A stretch of 64,000 nt of DNA from Octopus bimaculoides (taxonomy: Eukaryota), in assembly GCF_001194135.2 (NCBI RefSeq), contig NC_068999.1, positions 54,375,055-54,439,054 of the forward strand, read 5' to 3'. Both the position numbers and the translations under genes were made by a program. Positions 27,240-38,200 of the stretch are shown piece by piece. Each line of letters begins with the position of its first letter. Positions within the stretch are counted from its first letter, which is position 1. Under the pieces are notes generated by a model. The model had not been told where the DNA came from, searched no databases, and was given only the letters and a program-made list of their open reading frames with translations.

Positions 27240-30200
27240 GTATATCTGCAGGGTGCGTTGGCTGTCGCCATTTTATATTTTTACTTTTGCACATGCACGT
27301 TGATTGTTTCTGATTTTGTTGACTACACAGTATAGTAGGGTTAGTTGGGCACCATCTGTGAGAAAAACAACACCATGACGCAAATCACTCTGCCAGAAAT
27401 TTGGAAACAGCATGCTGTACTGCTTAGAATTTGCACCAGAAGCTCCAATACGAACATTTCAAAGCGTTTGGGTGTCCCCAAAACACGTTCTGAGAATGAT
27501 AAAAATCAAACATCCAGTCAACATCATGGTGTTTGGAGTGATCACTAGTGATGGCGACATTATGCCTCCATTTATCTTCCCACACGACCTCAGACGCAAC
27601 ACAAAGGCCTACATCAAGTGCCTGGAGGAGGTAGTGCTGCCCTGGGTCAAGAGGGTGGCTGCTGGAAGACCCTATGTCTGGCAACAGCACTCTGCACCAT
27701 GNNNNNNNNNNCTGGGTCAAGAGGGTGGCTGCTGGAAGACCCTATGTCTGGCAACAGCACTCTGCACCATGCCACACAAGCAGGAGAACCCAGTCATGGC
27801 TCTCAGGCAATTTCTGCAACCATGTCACCCCTAACATCTGGCCACCGAACTCCCCAGACTGCAACCTCTTTGATTATTATGCATGGGGTGCAGTTGAGTG
27901 AGAGACCAACAGAACTCCTTGTAACACCAAAGATGAACTGAAGTCAAGGATAATGGCAGCATTCACCAACTTAAATAAGGAGACTCTTCTAGAAGAGTTG
28001 CAAAAGATACTGAAGTCATTTGAAGGCTGTGGTTGAAGCTAATAGTGAATTTATTGAATAAATTTACTCTTTACTATTTCAAGATATTTTTATGTAATTT
28101 TGCTAGCCTCTGTGGCCCAGTCGATAAGGCACTGGCCTCCTAAGCTGGGGATTGCAGGTTCAAGTCCCGTCAGAGGTAGTAAAGATTTCTAATTTTTTAA
28201 GGTGGTGCTCCAGCATGGCCAGAGTCAAATGACAAACATATAAAAGAATATAGGCACCGGCATGGCCATGTGGTAAGAAGCTTGCTTGATGGTGTGTTTA
28301 CATCCCTGTAACTTAGCAGTTGAGCAAAAGAGACCGATAGAATAAGTACTAAGCTTACAAAGAATAAGTCCAGGGATCGATTTATTCGACTAAAGGTAGT
28401 GCTCCAGCATGGATGTAGTCAGATGACTAAAACAAATAAAAGAACATCTGTTAAAATGAGATATCAGTGTAATTTATTTTTTTATTTTTTATGTGTGTAT
28501 ATGTCATGGAGATATAGATGCATTGCAAGTTTTTTTTTTTTTCTGAGATTATGTGCTGAAAGTAAAACAATTGCAGCATAGGAGACATGAGTCAGCCATT
28601 CAGAAACTCACGAAGACCATTAACTTCACTTAAGCATTTGTTTGTAAATGGTGTCAAAATTTCCCTTGCTCAAAACTGTGACCTGAATACTGACAAATGT
28701 GTACTGTAGCACATTTTGAATGGCAACAATTTTGACAACTATTTTACAAACAATGAATATTTAAGTGAAGCTAATGGACTTTGTCTGTTTTTGAATGACT
28801 AACTTGTGTTTTCCATGCTGCAATTATATACCATGTGATCACATGACTGACCGGATTATCAGATGTTGTTACACATTGCTGGTCACAATGTGATTTGCAA
28901 TGTTTTAGCCTTTGGATGACACTGCCCTGCTGGCAACGTGAGCAGGCCAACATTTTCTCTGATTGAAAAGGGGGACTGGGGCAACATGAACTGAAATGTT
29001 TTGCTCAAGAACACAACTCGCTGCAGTTAAGTGCCACACATCAAAATTGAATTTTTAGTAGATAGAGACTTTGCTGTAGTTTTATAATTTTCTTTTTCCT
29101 AATACTTTTATCATTTACTGTGAGTGTATCTCAGTTTCAGAATGTGTACACCATATCCCTGTGTGTATAAGAAGTGGTCAAAAGAGTTGCTGACAGGGAT
29201 AGCATCTGACTGTAAAGCTATTCCTCAGAAAAAGCATCCAACAAATGGGAAAATGGATGTAAAAAAAAACAAATAAACGCTGATGTATGATATACAAGTT
29301 GGGTGCTGAAAAGTTCCTGGCTTTAAAGATATCACAAAAGACCTGGTCAGAAGCCCAATCTTCTGAGTTCTTTTACAGGGCTTAGTATAACTGAAGAACT
29401 GTTGCAATAGGTGTGTGAATTTGAGAGGGGAATATGTTGAGTAAAATCATAATTAACTGATCCTTCTGTATTTTCTTTCTCCAAAAGCCAGGAGCTTTTC
29501 AGCACCCCTTCACGCTTTTATATTTATGATGAGGAATTTGCTTAAAGTAATTAATATTGATCCCTCTTCAGATTTCAATTTAGTAATAGAAAACCTTTCT
29601 TCTTTTGTTTTTCCTCATCTCCAGCTCCATGAAATTGTCCCTGCTGTAACGACCTGTATTGTCAGTAAACAGTTGTGTATGAAGCCCGATTTAGACAACC
29701 ACTGGGCTTTGCGAGACTTTGCTGCAAGACTTATGAACAACATCTGCCGGTAATCTTTTATCTCTTCTCTTTTACTTGTTTCAGTCATTGGACTGCAGCC
29801 ATGCTGGGGGCATTGCCTTGGAGGATTTAATCCAACAAATTTACCTCACTACTTGCTTTTATTGTTTCTCTTATTACTTGTTTCAGTCATTCAACTACGG
29901 CCATGCTGGGGCACAGCCTTGATGTATTTTAGTTGAATGAATCGACCCCAGTACTTTATATTTTTAAGCCATTTACTTATTCTGTCAGTCCCTTTTGCAA
30001 AACCACTAAGTTACACATGATGTAAACTAACCAACACCAGTTGTCAAGCAGTGTTAGGACACACACACACACATATATATATATATGCCAGGCTTCTTTT
30101 GAGTTTCCATCTACCAAATCCACTCTCAAGACTTTGGTTGGCCTGAAACTATAGCAGAAGACACTTGCCCAGGGTGTCATACAGTGGGACTAAACCTGCA

Positions 30201-33200
30201 AGCATCTTACCACACAGTCACTCCTGTAGATAAATTTTGACAAGAAAATCCTATACGGGCCCCCAAGGGCCATATGGACCCCAGTTGAGAACCACTGGTC
30301 TAAGCCCTTTTTACCTCAAAAATATGATTGAGAAAAGAAAAATATCATTGTACTCCTGTATGATTTATTCTCCTGTTCATCATCATTATCGTCATTTAAC
30401 ATCTCTTTTCGATGCTGGTAGTCATCTGTTTTGACACGGTTTCTATTCCCTCTTCTCTAAAAATCTTCAATCCTTGTGCCTATAGTAGAAAGGATTATTA
30501 GTCTAAAGAAAATGGAGCCAGTGTCTGTAGCTTTTGTAGAGACCAAATCTTTGATGCTTAAGCTGATGTCTTAGCACTTAAAGGCCCTTCCTAACGCCAG
30601 CCTCTTTACAGAATGTAAAGAGTAGAGTATTTCACACTAACTCCACTTTGATACTGCACGAAGAGAATCGCAGCAACTAGTTACTTGACAACTTTTGAGT
30701 TCATTCTCTATTCTTTTATCTTCTCTGTATGATCTGTTCTTTCATTTTCCTTTCGTTAGACTGTGGCCATTGCTGGTGAATGTCCTTCTTGCATATACTC
30801 AATTACTTCTACTTTAGTATTTGTTTTATATTGACCCTTATTTATTTTATCAACCTCCAAAAGACAGACTGGATCTGGATTGAATGTGAACTGAGTTCAC
30901 ATCCTATCAAAAAGGGATGTCAACAAATATCACAAGATATTTTGCCTGGTGTTCTACCTATTCATCCTATATATATGATGGGGTGCTGAAAAGTTTCTGG
31001 CTTTAAGGGTATCACAAAAGGTCCAGTTGGAGGCCCAACCTTCCAAGTTCTTTTACAAGGCTTAGCAAAATAGGAAAATTGGTGTGATAAGGGTGTGAAT
31101 CTGAGGGGAGGGGAATATGTTGAATAAAATCATAATTAACTGATCCTCCAGTATTTTCTTTTACCCAAAGCCAGGAACTTTGCAGTAACCCTTTGTACCT
31201 ATACATACATATATATATATGCATACATTCATAAATATATATATATATTATGGAGGCAATAACTAGTGACTGAGACCTTTGGCAATATGCCATGCCTGAA
31301 AAGTCCTGTCAAGTCAAGTGAAGTCACAGTTGTGGCCATTGTCGGTATCACATAACTGAGATCTGTGCCAGTGGCATGCAAACAACATCTTTCATGCTTG
31401 AGAAGACCCTTCAAGCCAAGTTGTGATCGTTGGTGTCACATTACAGGCACCCGTACCAGTGGCACATAAAAAGCACCTTTCGAGCATTGACCCTTACGGA
31501 GGCAATGACATCAAGCCAAGTGATAATGATATATACTGTACAGGTCATTTGTAGATTTTCAGCTGATTGGGACAGTAGCATCTTAAGAAAGCTTCCTGCT
31601 TGGATTATACATTCTACCCAACATCCATACTATTTGTGTGCGTGTGAGAGAGAGAGAGAGATTAGAAGAAAAATGTTTTCAGGTTGAAACATTGTCTCAC
31701 ACTCACACACATCTCCTTGGGTTAAATAATGATCTTTATAATGCCTGAATAGAAAGATGATTTAATCCTTTTGATGTTGTCATTTTAGTTTCACCTGATT
31801 TGTGAACTGATAGCATTATGATCTGGTATCAGCGTGCAGGACTGTTTTGTGTTGTATGGGAAAGGATCACCTGCTGCTTCTTTCAAATACTTTCCATGAG
31901 AATTGGGTCAATGAAATCAATATTGTGTTCTGTTTTTGACACTGTATTAATTTTTAAATGTTTTAAGTACTGAAGTATTTTATATTAATTGCATAATTAA
32001 TACTACTAATTATTCATAGAATTATTGACTCTGCAGAACATTGATCAGTGTTAACCCTACTAAACACATATTGCATTATTAACTATCCTATTGACCAATC
32101 TTGCCTTTGTCTTCAGCCCTTAACTCTTTGATAGCATCATGGGGGCAACATCATCAGATACAGCCTACTTGCTTAAGCTCTTTACTCCCTGTGGAGCATA
32201 GGCCATCGACAACTTTTCATCATTGTTCTTGACTCTAGACTGTCCCTGAAGGAAGGCCTTCCTCTCCCAGATTTTGTTGATTTTGAATTGCTATCAATGC
32301 TTGTGTGACTACCCTTTTTTCTAGGTAGGGATGTTGATCCTATGCAAACCCTTTTTTACCTCTGAGAAGAGGTGGTCCATATTAGTCTCGCCTCTAACCT
32401 TTGACCCATCAAGCACGAGAGACCCTACCAGGAACTTGCACTCCAGTGATATAGCTTTCAGAGTTATTGAGATATACACAAGCTACCACACCACAACACA
32501 AGGACTGGACCTTGTAGTGGTTTAGTGGCATCTCTGTTTCAAGCACTCAGGCCGTATCTCTGATTTGAAGATACCTTCCACCCTGTCTCCTTCCCACTTG
32601 TCTCATAGTTTCTTATAAAGGATCATAAGCACTTCCCTTTCTATCTGACTGAGAGATAAAAAGTAAACAAAAATTGAATTCTCTCTTTTTCTCTACAGAC
32701 GTTCTGACCATTATCAAACACCAACTTTAACCCTTTAGCATTCAGATTCATCTATCAAATGTAATACTTATTGATTTACATTATTTTGGATTAATCACAC
32801 ATTATCTTGTAGCTTTGATATTTCAGTGATGTGATTGTTTATTTTTAGAATGACATTGTAGGGTAGGTGTGAATGGCTGAATCTGGCAAGTTTAAACATA
32901 AAACAGGCAGGATATTTGGGCCAGATATGGCTTGTTTAAATGCTAAAGGGTTAACAGTTCAGCTTAAACATCAAGGACTTGGTATCATCATGCTCCCCCT
33001 ATCCTTCAGTCAAGGATGATGTACAAAAGCTATGGACACTGGCTCCATGTTCTTTAGACTAATAATCCTTTCTGCCATAGGCACAAGGCCTGAAATTTTT
33101 TAGAAAAGAGAGAATAGTTGATTGCATCAGCCTCGGTGCTCAACTGGTGTTTATTTTAACTTTTTCCGAGAAAAGTTAAAGAGAGACAGCAGAGTTTTAC

Positions 33201-36200
33201 ATCCTCTAAGTTAGAAAAACTTGCTGCAAACATTAAGGAACACTAAACAACAGGAACATCAGATGTGGACTGGAAATAGTAGGAGAAAAAAACTGGGTGA
33301 GAGATGTAGGAAGAAAGAAGAATAGAATGAAGAGAAGTGGGCAAGAGTGAGGTGAGAGGGGAGTTGAGAGATAAGAAAGAGATTACTGAACTAAGAGAAG
33401 TAAGAGTAAAAGAAAAAAATGGTTATTGAATCTTGTTGGTGATATGGTACCAAGTTCCATTTCCTTATGTGGGTCCATAGATAATGTAATCCTACTTAGC
33501 CCTAAGAAAGACTGGATTGTCATGAATGGAGTACCTATGATCATATGTCTGCTCAGTACTGTATCTAGCAACCTTCTCCCATGTCATGCCCACTGACAAG
33601 TCATAGATGCTATTTCCAGAGGTGTGCCCTCACCAAACACACACACATAGAGAAGTCATTATATTACTGATATTTATTTGATTGACTTCAGAGCAAGAAA
33701 ATGCAAAGTTAATCAACCACAAAGAACATGTTCCACTGTTATATTTATTCTGACAATTACAACACTCTCACATTAATAATTCTTTCTGCAAGCCACAAGG
33801 CCTGAAACTTTTGCTGGGAGGGGCTATTTGATTACATCAACTCTAGTGCTCAACTGTTGCTTATTTTATCGATTCCAAAAGGATGAAAGGCTAAATCAAC
33901 CTTGGTAGCATTTGAACTTAAAGCATAAAGCTGGAAGAAATAATGGTAAGCATTTAGTCTGGCATGCTAATGATTCTACCAGCTCACCACCTTCAACTTC
34001 TCTATTAATAATCCTTTCTACTAATGGCACAAGGCCTGAAATTTGGGGGTAGGGGACTGGTTGATTACATCAACCCTAGTGTTTCACTGGTACTCAATTT
34101 ATTGACCTTGAAAGGATGAAAGGCAAAGTCAACCTTGGTGGAATTTGAACTCAGAATGTAAAGACAGATGAAGTGCCACTAAACGTTTTGCCTGATGTGC
34201 TAACAATTCTGCCAGCTCACCATCTTCTTCCCTGTTAATAATAAGAATAATGATAATTTTTGTTTATTTTAATTATTATTATTTTTTTTACCCTCTTTCT
34301 AGGATTAACAGTTTGAAGACTAACAGATTTTTCAGTTATATTTCATTTATTGGATAATGTTATTTTAATGTTATTTTAACTACCTCTAGAACTTTTAATA
34401 CTTGCCGAAACAACCTTCAGACAAGAGTGACAAAGCTTTTTAGTAAAGCTCTCCAAACAGAAAAGGTTCCTTTATCTACCCAATATGGTGCACTTGTTGG
34501 TCTTGGAGAGCAAGGACAAGAGGTAATATCAGACTTTTCTAAGCTACTCTCTTATTTTCGTATTTATGTTTTTATGTTCTTGCTAAATTTCCTCCCCATC
34601 TTCTTTGCTCAGTTGACATCTAAATAAGGAAAACACTTCCCTCTGCATTACAGGTTGTGAAAGCTTTCATTGTACCCCATTTGAAGGTTCTTGGTGACCG
34701 GTTAAAAGCAGTTATTGACAGCCCTGTTGTGAATAGTTTGGACAAGCTTGCTGTTGATCACGTGAAAAAGATTTTGTTGGTAATTTTTTTTTTCAGTTCT
34801 GTTTTGGTTTTCATAAAGTACAAGAATTTTTTTTTAATGCTAAATTTTTCATTTCTTTTTGTTTATCCATAAAACATGATAAGGATAAGATGACTGTAAA
34901 TTTAGTTAAAGTGGTGGAATACCAGACTTAGTTGTGAATTCAAACCATTGGTGCAACAATTTACATTATGCTCCAGAGGAAGATAGATAATATCATTGTG
35001 TCAGTTGCCCTGAAAGACAATATTTTACAACTGTTTCACAAATGAGTGGTTAACAATAGGAAGACTACCATCATCATTTAATGTCTTTGTTCTATATGGA
35101 AATAAAGTTAGCTGATATTTTTTCAGCTACAACATTTGAAAACTGCCCTTTCTTAATTTCAGTCAGTCCATTAGTATAGACTCACACCGCATGGCTAAGA
35201 CAACTGACACCTCTCAATCACATTCATTTTGTGTTTCTAAATGTTTCAGAGAGGACGTAAGAGTGTGAGAGAGAGAAAAGGTGAGAGAAAGAGAGAGAGT
35301 GAAAGAGACGGTGAGTGGTGACGGCATTCGTTTTGCGTCTTTAAATGTTTATCACATCTCAAGAGAAGTAGATACATCGATACATGCATACAGCAAATAT
35401 TGGATGTCAGTTTCACTTTTCATTATCACACGACGATAAAAGTAACTCACAAATGGCTGAGTACTCCACAGACATGCATAACATTAACATATTTCTTAGA
35501 GAGATTCAGCCTCATACAGGATATGACAAGGCTGGTCCCTTTGAATTACAGTTACAGCTCAAGACATATATCATCGTATTTGTGTGTGTGTATAGTTTAG
35601 GTTAGTTAAAACATGTTTGCAATAAGTGTCACGTGGTGGAAATAAACGCAATTAGCAAACTTTCATTCATAAATCCATTTATTATTTCATTCTTTTGTAT
35701 TTCAATTTGTACATTAAGGTTCTTTGAATATGTACGATGTATTTTAAGGTTAAATAGTAATTCCGTTTACGTTTGCGCAACTGAGATACTTTGGTTGGAT
35801 TATATAGTCATTGGTGTTACATTGCTTTCTATATTCTGTAACTGTCACAATATACTTTTCTAGGCCTGAATTTTTTGTGGGGAGGGGGCCACTTGATTAG
35901 ATCGACCCCAGTACACAACTGATACTTAATTTATCAACCCCGAAAGGACGAGAAGTAAAGTCAATCTCAGCAGAATGCAAGACAGACGGTTATAATATAC
36001 AAACATTTCTCATGGCACCAGTACACTGTTTCCCATGAATTTTTCCTGGGTCCAGCTAGTAAGAATAATTGTTGCTGCCAACGTAGCAGTACTCGTACTT
36101 GCTGCTGCCACCGTCATCAACAACGATGATGCAAAGTGACAAGAGTCACTGTGGGGCAAACATTTAAAGAAAATATATTGGGTTAAGATTTTTTTTTCTT

Positions 36201-37860
36201 TTTTCCAGAAAGTTGTGCCACCTGTCCTGAAGAATACAAAAACAGGGAATGATTCTCTGGAAGATTACATGAAAGAATACGGATATCTTGGTCAGGCTTT
36301 ACATACAGCTGTTGTTCAGGAGAGACAAACACCAATAGCAACCAACATGGCATCGACCATGACTACAGGCAGTAATGTGAGTACTGAATATTTTGTTTTG
36401 CTGGGGAGGAGACTTGAGGAAACGTTGATTATCAACAGAGGGTTTCTTTTAAAAAATTCTTCTGGAAAGACGTTCCAGTGTTTACATTCTGAATTCAAAA
36501 CCTGTCATGGTTAACTTTGCTTCCATCCTACTGAGGTGCCAGAAGGATGAAATAACAGTCAAGCGCTGAAGTTGATTATTTAATCAACTGATAATAAAGC
36601 TACTAGGATTCTTTATGTAAGGAACAATGGCTAGGAATCCTGAACAAATCCTTTTAGTATTGCTTCTATTTTAAGTGCAAATGATTGTGTAAAGGAAATA
36701 TGTGCTGTGTCTGTTATTGTGCCCTATAGGATTAGTTTTTTTTGTTCAGAGAGAGCACTGTGAGGATTCAGAAAAGAGAGCAGACAAATGTTTAATTGAA
36801 TTAAGATGGTTATTTTAAGCTTATCCAACACCATAGTGAAGAAACAAAGATTATATAGATGCAAATTCTATTTTATTTTCTTGAGGACCAAGATACGTGG
36901 CGCATTGCTGCACTCAAGAAGACCTACACACCATAACTGAATTTATATCCTAAAACCAAAATACTACGTAAAAAACATTGGTGTTAGTACCGTGTAAAAA
37001 CACTGATGCTGGTGAAATTGCGTAAACAGAAACTGCTCAGAAACCCATCAGATGGGTTTTATCTGTAATTTAAAGGTATAGCCTTGACATACACTATGTC
37101 ATGCTTACCTTACCTAAGGATTATATTAATTGTGCACATGTCTGTGGGATACTCAGGCATTTTCATGCTAATTCAATAAGCAGGTAATTCATTGACTGAA
37201 CAACTGAATCCTCATTATTTGAAATCAGTAATTTTTTTTTTGTGGGAATGAGGGAACTGATGGCCTAGATTTGATTCCCATCTGCAATTGATTCACATAT
37301 ATTGTTAATAGTATTCTTAAAGAAAGTAGGACCGTCACAATTTATTTTTTCTGAATGCAACATGGTAAATTATCTTGTTACTGTTTTTCATTTTCTTGTT
37401 TTTTTCACAGACAAGACAACCAATTTTGATCCATTCTGGCAGCTCCACACAAACTAACATGACCTCCAGTGGAACTAACACACGTATTGTAACCCCATCA
37501 GGTGGAATGGCTCGCACACAAGGTCCCGGTCAAAACAAACTTGTAATTGTCACTCCTCCAACCCGTCCAACAGGAATGGGTGTACAGACGTCTTGTTTCA
37601 CTAGTGGCAGCAGCAATACATCTACGCCTACAATTGTGAAATTAGTCACAGCACCAAATACAAGCTCCAACAGTTCAAAGATTGTTGTCATGTCAGTTCC
37701 TTCAGGTGCAAATTCAAACTCACAAACTTGCTCTACCATAATGCAAACAAACAGCACAAGTACAGCACCAGTTTCCACCACAACTCATGATATGGGCATG
37801 AAAAGTATTTTCAGTGCTACACCATCAATCGCTATTAAGAAAGACTCCAACAGCCCATAA
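13319..37860 (+). CDS. TAF6: Transcription initiation factor TFIID subunit 6, whole spliced gene: join(13319..13471,14846..14932,16338..16491,17212..17435,19947..20012,20600..20779,29625..29749,34390..34522,34654..34779,36209..36376,37411..37860), 1866 nt, 621 aa
   Basis: All introns are GT-AG, phases are compatible and the frame is open to TAA. The translation matches recalled human TAF6 colinearly: histone fold (MAEKHEVK...[24 protein letters not shown]), [109 protein letters not shown]. Confidence 0.96.
14846..14932 (+). CDS. TAF6: TAF6 coding exon 2 ([29 protein letters not shown])
   Basis: ttctgtttcag| ... GAA|gtaagt; histone-fold homology; too short for the ORF track. Confidence 0.95.
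15200..15540 (-). repeat. SINE family C (tRNA-like head). Related pieces: 13535-13760(+), 18010-18330(+), 36980-37230(-), 51872-52030(-)
   Basis: Head GCATGGCTCAGTGGTTAGAGCA..GAGTTTGATTCC followed by GTGTTGT.TCCTTAAGCAA; 3' part shared between 15200 and 51872. Confidence 0.6.
16338..16491 (+). CDS. TAF6: TAF6 coding exon 3 ([10 protein letters not shown]...PLDVSLK)
   Basis: cttgtag| ... AAAA|gtaagc (phase 1). Confidence 0.95.
17212..17435 (+). CDS. TAF6: TAF6 coding exon 4 ([18 protein letters not shown]...IHELSV)
   Basis: ttctctcag| ... GTG|gtaagt. Confidence 0.95.
18900..19815 (-). mobile_element. CR1/L2/Jockey-group LINE 3' fragment in a TAF6 intron
   Basis: Minus strand TMEYCSHIW motif, typical of the RT C-terminus of these LINEs; highly degenerate. 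Confidence 0.5.
19947..20012 (+). CDS. TAF6: TAF6 coding exon 5 ([22 protein letters not shown])
   Basis: ccttacag| ... CAG|gttaga. Confidence 0.95.
20600..20779 (+). CDS. TAF6: TAF6 coding exon 6 ([12 protein letters not shown]...LYLEKY)
   Basis: poly-T tgcag| ... TAT|gtgagc. Confidence 0.96.
21575..22060 (-). mobile_element. Internally deleted RTE-like element (second copy 32170-32530)
   Basis: Two homologous copies; one end resembles RTE 5'UTR sequence, the other the RTE-type 3' end GGCCTATGCTCC..GGAGT.AAG; no ORF. Confidence 0.45.
24036..24245. mobile_element. piggyBac-like MITE family 1, copy with TTAT flanks
   Basis: Ends CCCTTTAGCATT...AATGCTAAAGGG; TTAT on both sides; homologous to 32731-32950. 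Confidence 0.75.
24250..24484 (-). repeat. tRNA-derived SINE family B, best-preserved copy. Others (approximate): 14410-14615(-), 17624-17840(+), 25968-26170(+), 33760-33990(-), 34010-34225(-), 35860-35980(-), 43190-43320(-), 44510-44640(+), 46350-46475(+), 56160-56370(+), 61640-61860(-)
   Basis: Head GGCGGCGAGCTGGCAGAATCGTTAGC...GAGTTCAAATTCC and shared core GTCGACTTTGCCTTTCATCCTTTCGGGGTCGATAAA(A/T)TAAGTACCAG. Confidence 0.85.
26420..26630. repeat. Unclassified dispersed repeat. Related pieces near 12470-12680, 22190-22370, 25800-25950, 39670-39830, 42465-42630, 45150-45260, 47690-47810, 48570-48720, 57240-57390
   Basis: Shared motif CTAGAAATAGCAGCCAAATT..CCTCAAATCACACCCTACC...CATTGGATAATGT. 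Confidence 0.55.
27248..28075 (+). mobile_element. Tc1/mariner DD37D (maT-type) transposase remnant
   Basis: [16 protein letters not shown]...YVWQQ(H)[14 protein letters not shown]...[14 protein letters not shown]; 37 residues between the 2nd catalytic position (D mutated to H) and the 3rd D; frameshifted. Confidence 0.8.
27702..27711. other. Assembly gap (10 N) flanked by an exact 60-nt duplication
   Basis: 27642-27701 is identical to 27712-27771. Confidence 0.95.
28106..28178 (+). tRNA. tRNA-Arg(CCT) gene or recent pseudogene in the TAF6 intron
   Basis: 73-nt cloverleaf: acceptor GCCTCTG/CAGAGGT, anticodon loop CTCCTAA (CCT at 28139-28141), T loop TTCAAGT, TTTTTT terminator at 28193-28198. 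Close to recalled metazoan tRNA-Arg-CCT, but with G:U pairs and a T-stem mismatch. Confidence 0.75.
29295..29512. mobile_element. mariner-type MITE (second copy 30976-31195)
   Basis: TIR GGGTGCTGAAAAGTTCCTGGCTTT / AAAGCCAGGA(G/A)CTTT..CAGCACCC; TA flanks; two homologous copies on either side of TAF6 coding exon 7. Confidence 0.7.
29625..29749 (+). CDS. TAF6: TAF6 coding exon 7 (LHEIVPAV...LMNNICR)
   Basis: catctccag| ... CG|gtaatc (phase 2). Confidence 0.95.
30976..31195. mobile_element. mariner-type MITE, second copy
   Basis: Homologous over its length to 29295-29512; TA at both ends. Confidence 0.7.
32731..32950. mobile_element. piggyBac-like MITE family 1, copy with TTAA TSD
   Basis: TTAA|CCCTTTAGCATT ... 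AATGCTAAAGGG|TTAA. Confidence 0.8.
34390..34522 (+). CDS. TAF6: TAF6 coding exon 8 ([15 protein letters not shown]...GEQGQE)
   Basis: cctctag|A ACT TTT ... GAG|gtaata. Confidence 0.93.
34654..34779 (+). CDS. TAF6: TAF6 coding exon 9 ([10 protein letters not shown]...VKKILL)
   Basis: gcattacag| ... TTG|gtaatt. Confidence 0.93.
36209..36376 (+). CDS. TAF6: TAF6 coding exon 10 (KVVPPVLK...TTGSN)
   Basis: ttttccag| ... AAT|gtgagt. Confidence 0.9.
37411..37860 (+). CDS. TAF6: TAF6 coding exon 11, S/T-rich C-terminal tail, stop TAA 37858-37860
   Basis: tttttcacag|ACA AGA...; contains IVKLVT as in the human TAF6 tail. Confidence 0.9.
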   Translation, partial: TRQPILIHSGSSTQTNMTSSGTNTRIVTPSGGMARTQGPGQNKLVIVTPPTRPTGMGVQTSCFTSGSSNTSTPTIVKLVTAPNTSSNSSKIVVMSVPSGANSNSQTCSTIMQTNSTSTAPVSTTTHDMGMKSIFSATPSIAIKKDSNSP

Positions 37861-38194
37861 AGGTTATATTCTTGCTGCCACAAAACGTTATCAAATAATT
37901 ATTTTTGATTGACTGTTGTTCCTGATGCTATTAAGACAGACTTTGGACAGTCCTGAAAGAATCTTTTCAAGATAAGTGGAGAAAAAAAATGTCCATTTTA
38001 ATACCCAGTTTTTACGGACTGTGGTGCTTTGAGGTATTGGGGAAATTTTTATCAAGCATTTATCAAGAAATGGCTAATGACCTAACAAGTGACTATTGAG
38101 GCATTCAGTCAATTCAATCATTTCATGCTACAATTAGACAAATTAAATGGTTTCAAAGACATGTTGTAGGAGAAGAGAAATTTTATGCAATCCA

Positions 38195-38200
38195 AATAAA
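38195..38200 (+). terminator. Candidate polyadenylation signal for TAF6
   Basis: AATAAA about 335 nt after the stop codon; hexamer only. Confidence 0.3.

Noticed and set aside
26961-27335. ORFs rich in YI/CV/HT repeats (also 5359-5698, 46685-47036 and similar)
   Set aside because: Translations of TA/CA/TG microsatellites.
27642-27771. 60-nt direct repeat with a short spacer (CRISPR-like or tandem duplication appearance)
   Set aside because: The spacer is 10 N; this is an unmerged assembly overlap inside a transposase fossil.
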